The position numbers were made by a program, and so were the translations under genes. Source: a virus. From it: a stretch of DNA of 14,763 nucleotides. A model generated the notes under the pieces. It was not told where the DNA came from, did no database searches, and was given only the letters and a program-made list of their open reading frames with translations. This document shows positions 7,298 to 14,199 of this stretch, one piece after another (position 1 is the first letter of the stretch; the number at the start of each line of letters is the position of its first letter). Location: positions 1-14,763 of the IMG/VR virus record IMGVR_UViG_3300036770_001415; one strand, written 5' to 3'.

Positions 7298-7659
7298 CCG
7301 TCAGCAACTACACCGATCTATTCAATAACGCGATGAGCGCATTGGGAACGAAACTGGCAACCTCGACAGGCTTGCAAGTGGTTACTGATCCGCGCAATCT
7401 CAGACCGCCCTGTGTCTTCATCTCAGCGCCATCGTTCACGATGTGGAACTACAACATCGCCAAGATGACATTCCCTGTCCAGATCATCTCCATGGGTCCG
7501 GGCAACGCTGACGCGCTAGGCAACATTCTCAACATGGCAGCATCTGTGATGACCGCCAATGTCGGAGCTACATCTGGATCCCCGACCAGCGTGGATGTCG
7601 GTGGGGTAGTACTTCCGGCATATGAGATGATGATTGAAGTACAGGCACAGACAGCATGA
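7294..7659 (+). CDS. Head-tail joining protein, tail-terminator or tail-completion-like, 121 aa
   Basis: The ATG at 7294 overlaps the upstream stop as ATGA (the track's 7288 start is a TTG). The motif VVTDPRNLRPPCVFISAPS ... VVLPAYEMMIEV resembles the DPR..PP.V.V ... PAY pattern I associate with siphovirus tail terminators. It sits between the adaptor and the major tail protein. Confidence 0.55.
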   Translation: MTVSNYTDLFNNAMSALGTKLATSTGLQVVTDPRNLRPPCVFISAPSFTMWNYNIAKMTFPVQIISMGPGNADALGNILNMAASVMTANVGATSGSPTSVDVGGVVLPAYEMMIEVQAQTA

Positions 7660-7835
7660 GCTTCGTGATCGCGTCTGAGAAGCTTGGCAAGATCGGCGAG
7701 CCATACACACCGAAGGCTGGTATCAACATTGATGCGCTGCTTGCCGGTGGGTTTATCGTTGAGCGCGCTGAGGTATCAACCACAGAAGAAGAAAAACCTG
7801 CTAAAACTAAATCCAAGAAAGCATCCAAGGAGTAA
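7656..7835 (+). CDS. Small hypothetical protein with a Lys-rich C-terminal tail, 59 aa (below the ORF-track cutoff)
   Basis: My own translation is MSFVIASEKLGKIGEPYTPKAGINIDALLAGGFIVERAEVSTTEEEKPAKTKSKKASKE*. The ATG at 7656 overlaps the upstream stop as ATGA. Its 3' end supplies the AAGGAG Shine-Dalgarno (7827-7832) for the major tail gene. The 142-aa track ORF 7684..8112 is in another frame and runs across gene boundaries. Confidence 0.55.
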   Translation: MSFVIASEKLGKIGEPYTPKAGINIDALLAGGFIVERAEVSTTEEEKPAKTKSKKASKE

Positions 7836-7837
7836 TC

Positions 7838-8245
7838 ATGGCAACCAGCACCTACCTCTCATCCCCAGTCGTCACAGTGAATGCAGTAGATCTCAGCGAT
7901 CAGTGCACAGGCGCGACCGTGAACATCAACTACGACCAGCTCGAGGCGACCAGTTTCGGAGATTCTTCAAGGAAGTATGTTTCGGGTCTCGGCAGTCACT
8001 CAGTCACGCTCGATTTTTACGCAAGCTTTGCAGCGACGGAAACTTGGGCAACACTGAAGAGCCTTGTGGGAACTTCAACGAATGTGATCGTGAAGCCAAC
8101 CAGCGGAGCTGACTCGGCAACGAATCCGGGCTTGACATTCACTGGAACATTCTTGGCAGCTCTGCCAGTAGTCACATCTTTGGGTGCTCTCGGAACTATC
8201 TCCGTGACATTCAATGGTGGTGTCTACACATCTGACGAAAGCTAA
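7838..8245 (+). CDS. Major tail (tube) protein, 135 aa
   Basis: A strong SD (AAGGAG) lies 5 nt upstream. The protein is small, Thr/Ser/Gly-rich and predicted beta-rich (ATSFGDSSRKYVSGLGSHSVTLDFYASF...IVKPTSGADSATNPGLTFTG). It sits immediately upstream of the chaperone/frameshift pair and ends in tandem stops (TAATAA). Confidence 0.78.
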   Translation: MATSTYLSSPVVTVNAVDLSDQCTGATVNINYDQLEATSFGDSSRKYVSGLGSHSVTLDFYASFAATETWATLKSLVGTSTNVIVKPTSGADSATNPGLTFTGTFLAALPVVTSLGALGTISVTFNGGVYTSDES

Positions 8246-8285
8246 TAACTGACCGCGCACCGGTCCGACACGAAAGCGAGACAAG

Positions 8286-8573
8286 ATGAAGCTGCACCTA
8301 AAGGTGACAGAAGCAGGCAAAGACCCATACGAAGTGACCACCAATTTGGTGACACTTGTTGCATGGGAACGAAGGTTCAAGCGTAAAGCGTCAGACATGG
8401 CGAACGGGATCGGCGTTGAGGATCTCGCGTTCTTAGCGTGGGAAGCATCCAAGCAAGCGAAGATCGTAGTGCCGGGAGAGTTTGACAAGTTCATTGCAAA
8501 ACTCGATGCCGTTGAGGTGGTTGCTGAGGAAATTGAAAACCCTATCCTCGCGGAACTCACCGAAGGCTCCTAG
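8286..8573 (+). CDS. Tail assembly chaperone, short (G-like) form, 95 aa
   Basis: It lies between the major tail and tape measure genes. The sequence VTLVAWERRFKRKASDMANGIGVEDLAFLAWEASKQAKIVVPGEFDKFIAKLDAVEV is typical of gpG-like chaperones. A slippery heptamer and an open -1 frame occur near its 3' end. Confidence 0.8.
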   Translation: MKLHLKVTEAGKDPYEVTTNLVTLVAWERRFKRKASDMANGIGVEDLAFLAWEASKQAKIVVPGEFDKFIAKLDAVEVVAEEIENPILAELTEGS

Positions 8574-8683
8574 CAGAATTGCTAGTTGCTCTTTCGTGGG
8601 CTCCGCGCTTTTACGAGGAAGAGTTTGACACCGCCGATCTACTCACTGTCACTACTGTGTTAGAGGAGAAGAACAGGAAATAG
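8286..8683 (+). CDS. Tail assembly chaperone, -1 frameshift (G-T-like) form, about 132 aa
   Basis: The -1 frame opens at 8537, immediately after a TGA at 8534-8536, and runs to a TAG at 8681-8683. It encodes ...YPRGTHRRLLAELLVALSWAPRFYEEEFDTADLLTVTTVLEEKNRK*. The other frame is closed quickly. The slippery A_AAC_CCT lies at 8537-8543 in the zero frame. Confidence 0.62.
8537..8543 (+). promoter_or_regulatory. Candidate -1 programmed ribosomal frameshift heptamer A AAC CCT
   Basis: The zero-frame codons are GAA AAC CCT. The pattern X XXY YYZ is satisfied with X=A, Y=C, Z=T. The site lies exactly where the -1 frame becomes open and 28 nt before the zero-frame stop. Confidence 0.55.
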
Positions 8684-8687
8684 TGAT

Positions 8688-9278
8688 ATGGCGAGAACAG
8701 GCTTGGAAGTTTATGGGATCAAAGAGACCCTCAAGCAACTAAACAAACTCGCCCCAGATCTTCGTCGCGAAATCACGCGCGACTACAAGCGCATCACTTT
8801 GCCAATGGTTCAAGCTGCACGAACTGCCGTGCCGGGTGAGCCACCGTTGTCTGGCATGTATCGCAAGTGGCGACGCGGTGGACCGTGGTACGGATCTAAA
8901 GTGGATCAGAAAATAAATGTCAAAATCGACACTCGACGCGCGCGCAAAAAGAATCTACAAAAGGGCGCACAGTACGAGACTCTCGGCGCGTTCGTATTCC
9001 AGTCCAATGAAACATGGGGTCAGATATTCGACATGGCTGGACGAAACCAAGCCAAAGACGGAACCGTCCAAAAGCGTGTCTATGGTGGCAAAGAATACCG
9101 ATACACATGGAACAACACGCTGATCCAAAACCTCAACATCAACTGGGGTCGCGCGTCGCGCTACATGTATCCAACCGCTGAAAGCTATGAGTCAATCCTC
9201 GAGCATGAGATCCAAGGTCTTGTCTGGAAAACTGAACGACTACTCGCAGAAGCAATCGCAAGAAGTGAGGGCAACTAA
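8688..9278 (+). CDS. HK97 gp10-like neck / head-tail joining family protein with a basic insertion, 196 aa
   Basis: The N-terminus GLEVYGIKETLKQLNKLAPDLRREITRDYKRITLPMVQAARTAVPGEPPLSG fits the gp10-family pattern (G.kel...L.kl......a......iv..Ak..vP..tG.L). A later block reads GAFVFQSNETWGQIFDMAGR. An AGGAAA SD lies 7 nt upstream. The stop overlaps the tape measure start as TAATG. Confidence 0.6.
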   Translation: MARTGLEVYGIKETLKQLNKLAPDLRREITRDYKRITLPMVQAARTAVPGEPPLSGMYRKWRRGGPWYGSKVDQKINVKIDTRRARKKNLQKGAQYETLGAFVFQSNETWGQIFDMAGRNQAKDGTVQKRVYGGKEYRYTWNNTLIQNLNINWGRASRYMYPTAESYESILEHEIQGLVWKTERLLAEAIARSEGN

Positions 9279-11185
9279 TGGCTATTCGCATCCCCATCAT
9301 CACCGACTTCCAAGGTGACGGACTCAAGAAAACTTTTGAGGAGTTCAAGAAACTCGAGACCAATTCGGAACGCGCATCCTTTGCTCTAAAGAAAGCATTC
9401 ATCCCAGCGACCGCAGCTCTCGCAGGATTGACCGCTGGACTCGCAATGAGCGCAAAAGCAGCTGCAGAAGATCAAGCTGCACAGGTCCAACTTGCGCGCC
9501 AGCTCCAAGCAACGACCGGAGCAACAGACAAACAGATCCAAGCCAATGAGGATTTCGTGAGCACGCTGTCTCGTAGCGCAGCGGTCGCCGACGATGAGCT
9601 TCGTCCAGCACTTGCCAGCCTTGTGCGTGGTACGGGGGATCTTGCTTCAGCGCAGGACGCGCTCAAGACCGTGCTCGATGTCTCCGCTGCTACCGGCAAG
9701 GGAGTGCAAGAAGTAGCAGATGCAGTCTCAAAGGCTTACGCAGGCAACACCAAAGCAATCAAGCAACTCTCACCAGAACTCTATGCTCTAATCAAAGACG
9801 GTGCATCCGTTGATGAAGTAATGCAGTCACTTGCTTCGACTTTCGGTGGCGCTGCATCAACCGCTGCAAACACAGCGCAAGGCAAGTTCAAGAACCTCAC
9901 CATCCAGCTAGGCGAAGCCAAAGAAGCAATCGGAACCGCGCTTCTTCCAGTCGTTGAGATCATGGTCGGCGCGTTTACCAACTTTGCAGTCTGGGCACAA
10001 AAGAACGCAGGCGTGATCCTTGGCATTGCAACCGCCATCGGAGCGATAGCTGCAGCAATCGTCGGAACCAACATCGCACTCGCAGCATGGAAGACCGTCA
10101 GCGTCATCACAATCGGCATCAACTATGCGCTCGCTGCATCGTTCACAGCTGTCCAAGTTGCAACCGGTGTAGGCATCGCAGTAGTGATCGCTGGTGTTGC
10201 AGCGTTCGCACTTTACAAGCGCCAGATGAACGGACTCAAAGATGATCTCGGTGGGGTCGCAGCACAGCAAGGTCTGACAAATCAGCAGATGCAACGCATG
10301 TCGGACTCTGGGAAACTTGCGACCGAAACTGTGACTGGCTTGACCGATGCTGCAACGGGTGCTGGCGGCGCGGTGGACAAGATGGCAGAGAAGATCAAGA
10401 AGGCACGCGAAGAACTTGCTGATCAGTTCAGCACAGCACTCGACACAGCCAAAGGAAAACTAGACGAAGCAAAGAAAGCCTATGACGAGTTCAAGCAAAC
10501 GGTCTCCGAATCGGTTACTGGCGAGTTCTCCATCTCGGGTGCAGCCGACGCTGCCAAAGAAGCCGGAACCACGATCCTCAACCAGCTAACCCAGCAGGCA
10601 ACAGGCGCTCAACAGTTCTCCAAGCAAGTGGAGCAACTGCTCACGATGGGCTTGTCCGAGGACGCGCTCAGGAAGGTCCTAGAGGCTGGTCAAGAAGCTG
10701 GGGGTGCAATTGCCAACGAGCTGATTTTGGGTGGCTCAGAAGCGATTACAGGACCCAATGGGATCAACCAGCTGGTCAGTGACTTGAACTATGTCGCGGA
10801 CGCTTTGGGAACCCTTGCAGCTGACAAGTTCTATAAGGCTGGAGTCACGCAAGGTGAGCAGTATTTGGCTGGCGTACAGTCAGCAATCCAAGCTGCCGAG
10901 CAACTACTCAAAAACCCGAACCTCAAGCTCGCTGATGTCAAAGGCATCGGAGCGAAGTTCGCCGGCACGGTCGCAGGCATCGACACAGGAGCACCATCAT
11001 CACCGACATCGGCTCCGGGTGGAGTTGCAGCGGCGCGCGGTGGAAACAACTACACAGTCAATGTGAACGGCGGAGTGCTCACTAACGCTCAGACAGGAAA
11101 AGTCGTGATCGACGCTGTAAAGAGCTTCAACCGTGCATCGGGTCCAGCAGACATTTCGGTCCGTCCAATTAGCGGAAGATACTAA
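9278..11185 (+). CDS. Tape measure protein, 635 aa
   Basis: It is the longest tail-region ORF and is Ala/Gln/Lys-rich and helical. A central cluster of hydrophobic transmembrane-like helices is present (LLPVVEIMVGAFTNFAVWA...ILGIATAIGAIAAAIVGTNIALAAW...VGIAVVIAGVAAFALY). It lies downstream of the chaperone genes. I saw no muralytic motif in it. Confidence 0.9.
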   Translation: MAIRIPIITDFQGDGLKKTFEEFKKLETNSERASFALKKAFIPATAALAGLTAGLAMSAKAAAEDQAAQVQLARQLQATTGATDKQIQANEDFVSTLSRSAAVADDELRPALASLVRGTGDLASAQDALKTVLDVSAATGKGVQEVADAVSKAYAGNTKAIKQLSPELYALIKDGASVDEVMQSLASTFGGAASTAANTAQGKFKNLTIQLGEAKEAIGTALLPVVEIMVGAFTNFAVWAQKNAGVILGIATAIGAIAAAIVGTNIALAAWKTVSVITIGINYALAASFTAVQVATGVGIAVVIAGVAAFALYKRQMNGLKDDLGGVAAQQGLTNQQMQRMSDSGKLATETVTGLTDAATGAGGAVDKMAEKIKKAREELADQFSTALDTAKGKLDEAKKAYDEFKQTVSESVTGEFSISGAADAAKEAGTTILNQLTQQATGAQQFSKQVEQLLTMGLSEDALRKVLEAGQEAGGAIANELILGGSEAITGPNGINQLVSDLNYVADALGTLAADKFYKAGVTQGEQYLAGVQSAIQAAEQLLKNPNLKLADVKGIGAKFAGTVAGIDTGAPSSPTSAPGGVAAARGGNNYTVNVNGGVLTNAQTGKVVIDAVKSFNRASGPADISVRPISGRY

Positions 11186-12489
11186 TGCCAGCGTCCGTCA
11201 TCCAGTCAGGCGAGTATCTGCTTGAGATTGATACCGGCTGGGATAGCTCCAGCTTTCAACTTGACTCAGCGACAAAGGGCGTGCTTGACAACACGACATA
11301 CAAGCTCGGACCGACGACAGAGTTCGCTGATGTGACCGACGGTTTGCTTGATGTATCTATCACGCGCGGACGAAAAGACATCGGAGACCAGTTCACTCCC
11401 GGCATCATGAACTTCACACTCAACGACCAGCTCGCAAATGGAGCATTCAACCCATTCAACACAGACTCGCCAACCTATGATCCTGCGAACAATCAGCCAG
11501 GAATCGCACCCATGCGTCGAGTGCGCTTTTACCGATACGATTCAACCAGCACAGCCGAATCACTTTTCCAAGGTTTTATCGTGAATTATGACTACCAGTT
11601 CAATCTGGACGGCAACGACCTACTCAGCATTCAAGCAATCGACGACCAGTATCTTCTGTCGCAAGCATTCCTAGACGAATGGAATGTCACCGAACAGGTC
11701 GCATCCGCTCGAGTCGTAGAGCTTCTAGCGCTCCCAGAGGTGGATGCTTTTCAAGGTGTCGGTGAACAGTCAATAGAGACCTCATCGGTCACGCTTGGTG
11801 GCACAGGAAACTTCACAGTTCCATCCGGATCCAATGCTCAAGGATATCTAAACGACATTATGGCGGCGGAGCAGGGCCGCGCATTCGTGAACCGTTCGGG
11901 CGTGTTCACATTCCAGCGCAGGCTGGGAGCAACGCTTTCATCTCCCGAGGTTGAGTTCGGCGACAACGACCCAGCACACACACCATACGATTCGGTGTCC
12001 ATCAATTTCGGCGCGGACAAAGTTGTCAATAGAGCAGTCGTGACCCATATCGGCGGAGCAGGATCAGCGACGCCACAGATCGTTGATGATCTTGCAAGCC
12101 AAGCAAAATACTTCATTCAGACTGTCGCCTACACCGAAAGCCTCGTCCATAACGACACGGCAGCGCTCGAGCTTGCAACCTATCTGATCCAAGGCGAACC
12201 GACCGCGACACTTACAAGCGTGACCACAGGTTTCCAGATGCTCTCAAATGCGGAGCGAGACAAGGTTGCCATTCTTGAAATCGGTGACACGATTATTGTA
12301 GAGAAAACTATTGTCACCACAGCAACGACCACTAGCGTCATTGCTCAAGAGTCTGCGGTTGAAGGCATTGAGCATTTGATCAGCTTTGACACACCACATC
12401 AGACGGTGATCTACACATCCCCGACCACGGTCTATGAGCTGTTCATTCTGGACAGTTCCACACTTGACTCGATATACGCACTAAGTTAG
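11185..12489 (+). CDS. Distal tail protein (Dit / siphovirus tail-family minor tail protein), 434 aa
   Basis: The gene comes immediately after the tape measure gene, joined by a TAATG overlap. The motifs LLDVSITRGRKDIGDQFTPGIMNFTLNDQ...FNPFN and the C-terminal ...SAVEGIEHLISFDTPHQTVIYTS resemble the Dit-type minor tail proteins of actinophage-like siphoviruses. Confidence 0.68.
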   Translation: MPASVIQSGEYLLEIDTGWDSSSFQLDSATKGVLDNTTYKLGPTTEFADVTDGLLDVSITRGRKDIGDQFTPGIMNFTLNDQLANGAFNPFNTDSPTYDPANNQPGIAPMRRVRFYRYDSTSTAESLFQGFIVNYDYQFNLDGNDLLSIQAIDDQYLLSQAFLDEWNVTEQVASARVVELLALPEVDAFQGVGEQSIETSSVTLGGTGNFTVPSGSNAQGYLNDIMAAEQGRAFVNRSGVFTFQRRLGATLSSPEVEFGDNDPAHTPYDSVSINFGADKVVNRAVVTHIGGAGSATPQIVDDLASQAKYFIQTVAYTESLVHNDTAALELATYLIQGEPTATLTSVTTGFQMLSNAERDKVAILEIGDTIIVEKTIVTTATTTSVIAQESAVEGIEHLISFDTPHQTVIYTSPTTVYELFILDSSTLDSIYALS

Positions 12490-12496
12490 GAGCACT

Positions 12497-13054
12497 ATGC
12501 CAATCACCACATACACCGCCGGAGAGATCCTGACCGCTGCGTCGCTCAATTCCAACTTCTCTGCAGCTGGTGGATTGCAATTCATCAAAGCGCAAACAAT
12601 TGGATCAGGTGTTTCAACTGTGACCGTTACAGGTGCTTTTAGCGCGACCTACGACACTTATTTGGTAACGGTTTCGGGCGGTGTCGGTAGCGGTGATCTT
12701 GCGTTGAACATGACTTTAGGTGCAACAGCTACTGGCTATTATTGGATAGGAAACAACATTCAATATGGTTCTGCAACAACTAACACTAACTCGGGTAGTA
12801 ACACCACATCTTTTGCGTCAGTTGCGTACGGTTCAACTAACGCGCTATCGGGGCAATGTTTTATAGACAACCCTTTTGCAACCAAAAGAACAATGGTTCG
12901 CTACCAAGCAACAGGCAGCAGCACAACATATTTTATAAACACAAATCAAGGTTTTCTAAACGACGCGACTAGTTACACCGCGTTCACTTTCACAACATCG
13001 ACGGGAACAATAACTGGTGGAACAATCCGCGTCTACGGTTACGCAAACAGTTAG
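12497..13054 (+). CDS. Tail fibre / receptor-binding protein candidate, 185 aa
   Basis: An AGGAG SD lies at 12488-12492. The N-terminal TYTAGEILTAASLNSNF matches the (D/G)(E/D)xLTAAxLN motif common at the N-termini of actinophage minor tail or fibre proteins. The rest is Thr/Ser/Gly/Asn/Tyr-rich and Lys-poor, as in beta-sandwich receptor-binding domains. It is the last structural gene before the lysis genes. Confidence 0.68.
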   Translation: MPITTYTAGEILTAASLNSNFSAAGGLQFIKAQTIGSGVSTVTVTGAFSATYDTYLVTVSGGVGSGDLALNMTLGATATGYYWIGNNIQYGSATTNTNSGSNTTSFASVAYGSTNALSGQCFIDNPFATKRTMVRYQATGSSTTYFINTNQGFLNDATSYTAFTFTTSTGTITGGTIRVYGYANS

Positions 13055-13062
13055 GAAACAAC

Positions 13063-13167
13063 ATGACTTACCTAGTGCAAATAGATGACGAAGTACGCGA
13101 AGCAACACCCGAAGAAGCCGCTCAAATAGAAGCAGAACAAAACGCACCTAACCCTGCAAACGAATAA
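13063..13167 (+). CDS. Possible 34-aa acidic micro-ORF
   Basis: My own translation is MTYLVQIDDEVREATPEEAAQIEAEQNAPNPANE*. AGGA lies about 6 nt upstream of the ATG. It fills the gap between the fibre gene and the membrane protein gene. It is very short, so the call is weak. Confidence 0.3.
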   Translation: MTYLVQIDDEVREATPEEAAQIEAEQNAPNPANE

Positions 13168-13171
13168 TGAA

Positions 13172-13336
13172 ATGGATCCTCAGATTGTGGTGGCTTTGGT
13201 CGGTGGGGGTTTCGCTGTGGTGGTCGCGCTCATTAGCAAAATCGGTAGCGACAACAAAAAAGACCACGGAAAAGTTCACCAGATCCTTGGTCGAATAGAA
13301 GAAAAGATTGACAACCATGTTGAAAATCACGGCTAA
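13172..13336 (+). CDS. Small single-pass membrane protein, 54 aa; holin, antiholin or lysis-regulator candidate
   Basis: My own translation is MDPQIVVALVGGGFAVVVALISKIGSDNKKDHGKVHQILGRIEEKIDNHVENHG*. It has one N-terminal hydrophobic helix followed by a charged helical tail. It overlaps the start of the next membrane protein gene by 20 nt. The alternative ATG at 13167 gives a Trp/Arg/Ser-rich product that looks non-coding. Confidence 0.55.
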   Translation: MDPQIVVALVGGGFAVVVALISKIGSDNKKDHGKVHQILGRIEEKIDNHVENHG

Positions 13337-13511
13337 AGACAAAGCAATGCTTGCCAGCTATGCGCGATCAGCAATCGGTGCGATGCTCGCTGTGTACTCG
13401 GTCGGCGCGACAGATCCTCGAGACTTCGCCAAAGCAGCGATCGCAGCAGTACTCCCACCGATCATCCGCTGGGCGAACCCGAAAGATTTATCCTTTGGGC
13501 GCACCAAATAG
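13317..13511 (+). CDS. Holin-like membrane protein (r1t-holin-like pattern), 64 aa
   Basis: The sequence is MLKITAKDKAMLASYARSAIGAMLAVYSVGATDPRDFAKAAIAAVLPPIIRWANPKD. Two amphipathic or hydrophobic Ala-rich segments are separated by a turn, and the gene lies directly upstream of the endolysin. The track start at 13308 is a TTG and I prefer the ATG at 13317. Confidence 0.68.
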   Translation: MLKITAKDKAMLASYARSAIGAMLAVYSVGATDPRDFAKAAIAAVLPPIIRWANPKDLSFGRTK

Positions 13512-13563
13512 CAGACCGTACACCGGCACAGCTGACGGACCAGCGAAAGCGCGTCGCGCTGGC

Positions 13564-13974
13564 ATGGACGAATGGATCAAACAAGCGATCCACGCATCTG
13601 GAAACACGCTCACAAACCTTGGATCGTATGCGATCAGAGACCAGAAGGGTCACGCTGGAGTTCTGAGTGTTCACGCGACTGGTAGAGCTGTCGATCTTGG
13701 CTTCACCGATCGCAAAGCAGCGCTCAAGTTCATCAACACAGTTGCACAGAACGCGAACGAGCTCGGTGTTGAGTGCATTCTCGATTACTTTCCGAAGCCT
13801 TGGGGTCGCGGATATCGCTGTGACCGACAAAAGTGGAAGCGCTACATGAAGCGGACGATCGCTGGCGCACCGGGCGGACGATGGGCTCATTTTGAGATCA
13901 CACCACAAGCTGCGGACTCGGTGATCTGGGTCAAATCCGCGTTCCTAAAGGTCTTTGGAGAAATCCACCAATAG
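13564..13974 (+). CDS. Endolysin, LAS/M15-type zinc peptidase (D-Ala-D-Ala carboxypeptidase or L-Ala-D-Glu peptidase-like), 137 aa
   Basis: SVHATGRAVDL (S-x-H-x-x-G-x-A-x-D) and GGRWAHFEI (W-x-H-F-E) are the metal-ligand motifs of M15/LAS peptidases. The track ORF opens at 13351, but its first 71 codons overlap the holin out of frame and are Arg/Ser-rich junk. The first ATG after the holin stop is at 13564. Confidence 0.85.
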   Translation: MDEWIKQAIHASGNTLTNLGSYAIRDQKGHAGVLSVHATGRAVDLGFTDRKAALKFINTVAQNANELGVECILDYFPKPWGRGYRCDRQKWKRYMKRTIAGAPGGRWAHFEITPQAADSVIWVKSAFLKVFGEIHQ

Positions 13975-14022
13975 CGCACACGCATGCCCTAGGGTCGAAT
14001 TACCGACGAAAGAGCAGCGATT

Positions 14023-14199
14023 ATGGCAGAACCTCAGATCTTCAACTACTCCGTGTACACAGGAGTGATGGATAACGGACAAGAGATCCTCGTGCAGATA
14101 TTCACTGAACCTGACACCGGCAAATACCTACTCGGACAGATTGCATTCAGATCGCACGCTTCATCATGGGGCGTGCCTATACCACTGGAGAAAAAATGA
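14023..14199 (+). CDS. Small hypothetical protein, 58 aa (below the ORF-track cutoff)
   Basis: My own translation is MAEPQIFNYSVYTGVMDNGQEILVQIFTEPDTGKYLLGQIAFRSHASSWGVPIPLEKK*. The stop overlaps the ATG of the transglycosylase gene as ATGA (14196-14199). It contains no hydrophobic segment. Confidence 0.5.
   Translation: MAEPQIFNYSVYTGVMDNGQEILVQIFTEPDTGKYLLGQIAFRSHASSWGVPIPLEKK

Noticed and set aside
7684-8112. Alternative-frame + strand ORFs (7684-8112 142 aa; 4678-5112 144 aa; 420-614; 2408-2602; 3434-3655; 3507-3689; 8917-9123; 10791-11066; 13667-13849)
   Set aside because: They overlap genes with clear family motifs in another frame. They are Arg/Ser/His/Gln-rich and low-complexity, and 7684-8112 would run across three well-defined gene boundaries.
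8251-8265. Hairpin GACCG-cgcac-CGGTC after the major tail gene, considered as a terminator or attenuator
   Set aside because: The stem is only 5 bp and there is no following T-run, so it is too weak to call an intrinsic terminator.
8075-8560. Minus-strand ORFs of 60-161 aa throughout the window (for example 8075-8560, 13462-13908, 9908-10294, 9781-10122, 2548-2856)
   Set aside because: All lie entirely inside strongly supported + strand genes. Their compositions are Arg/Ser/Cys-rich, typical of antisense shadow frames. None has a recognisable motif or a start context.
13351-13563. A 71-codon N-terminal extension of the M15 peptidase ORF, as given in the ORF track
   Set aside because: It overlaps the holin gene out of frame and reads as Arg/Ser-rich junk (RDQQSVRCSLCTRSARQILETSPKQRSQQYSHRSSAGRTRK). 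The peptidase domain begins right after the ATG at 13564, giving a size typical of single-domain M15 endolysins.
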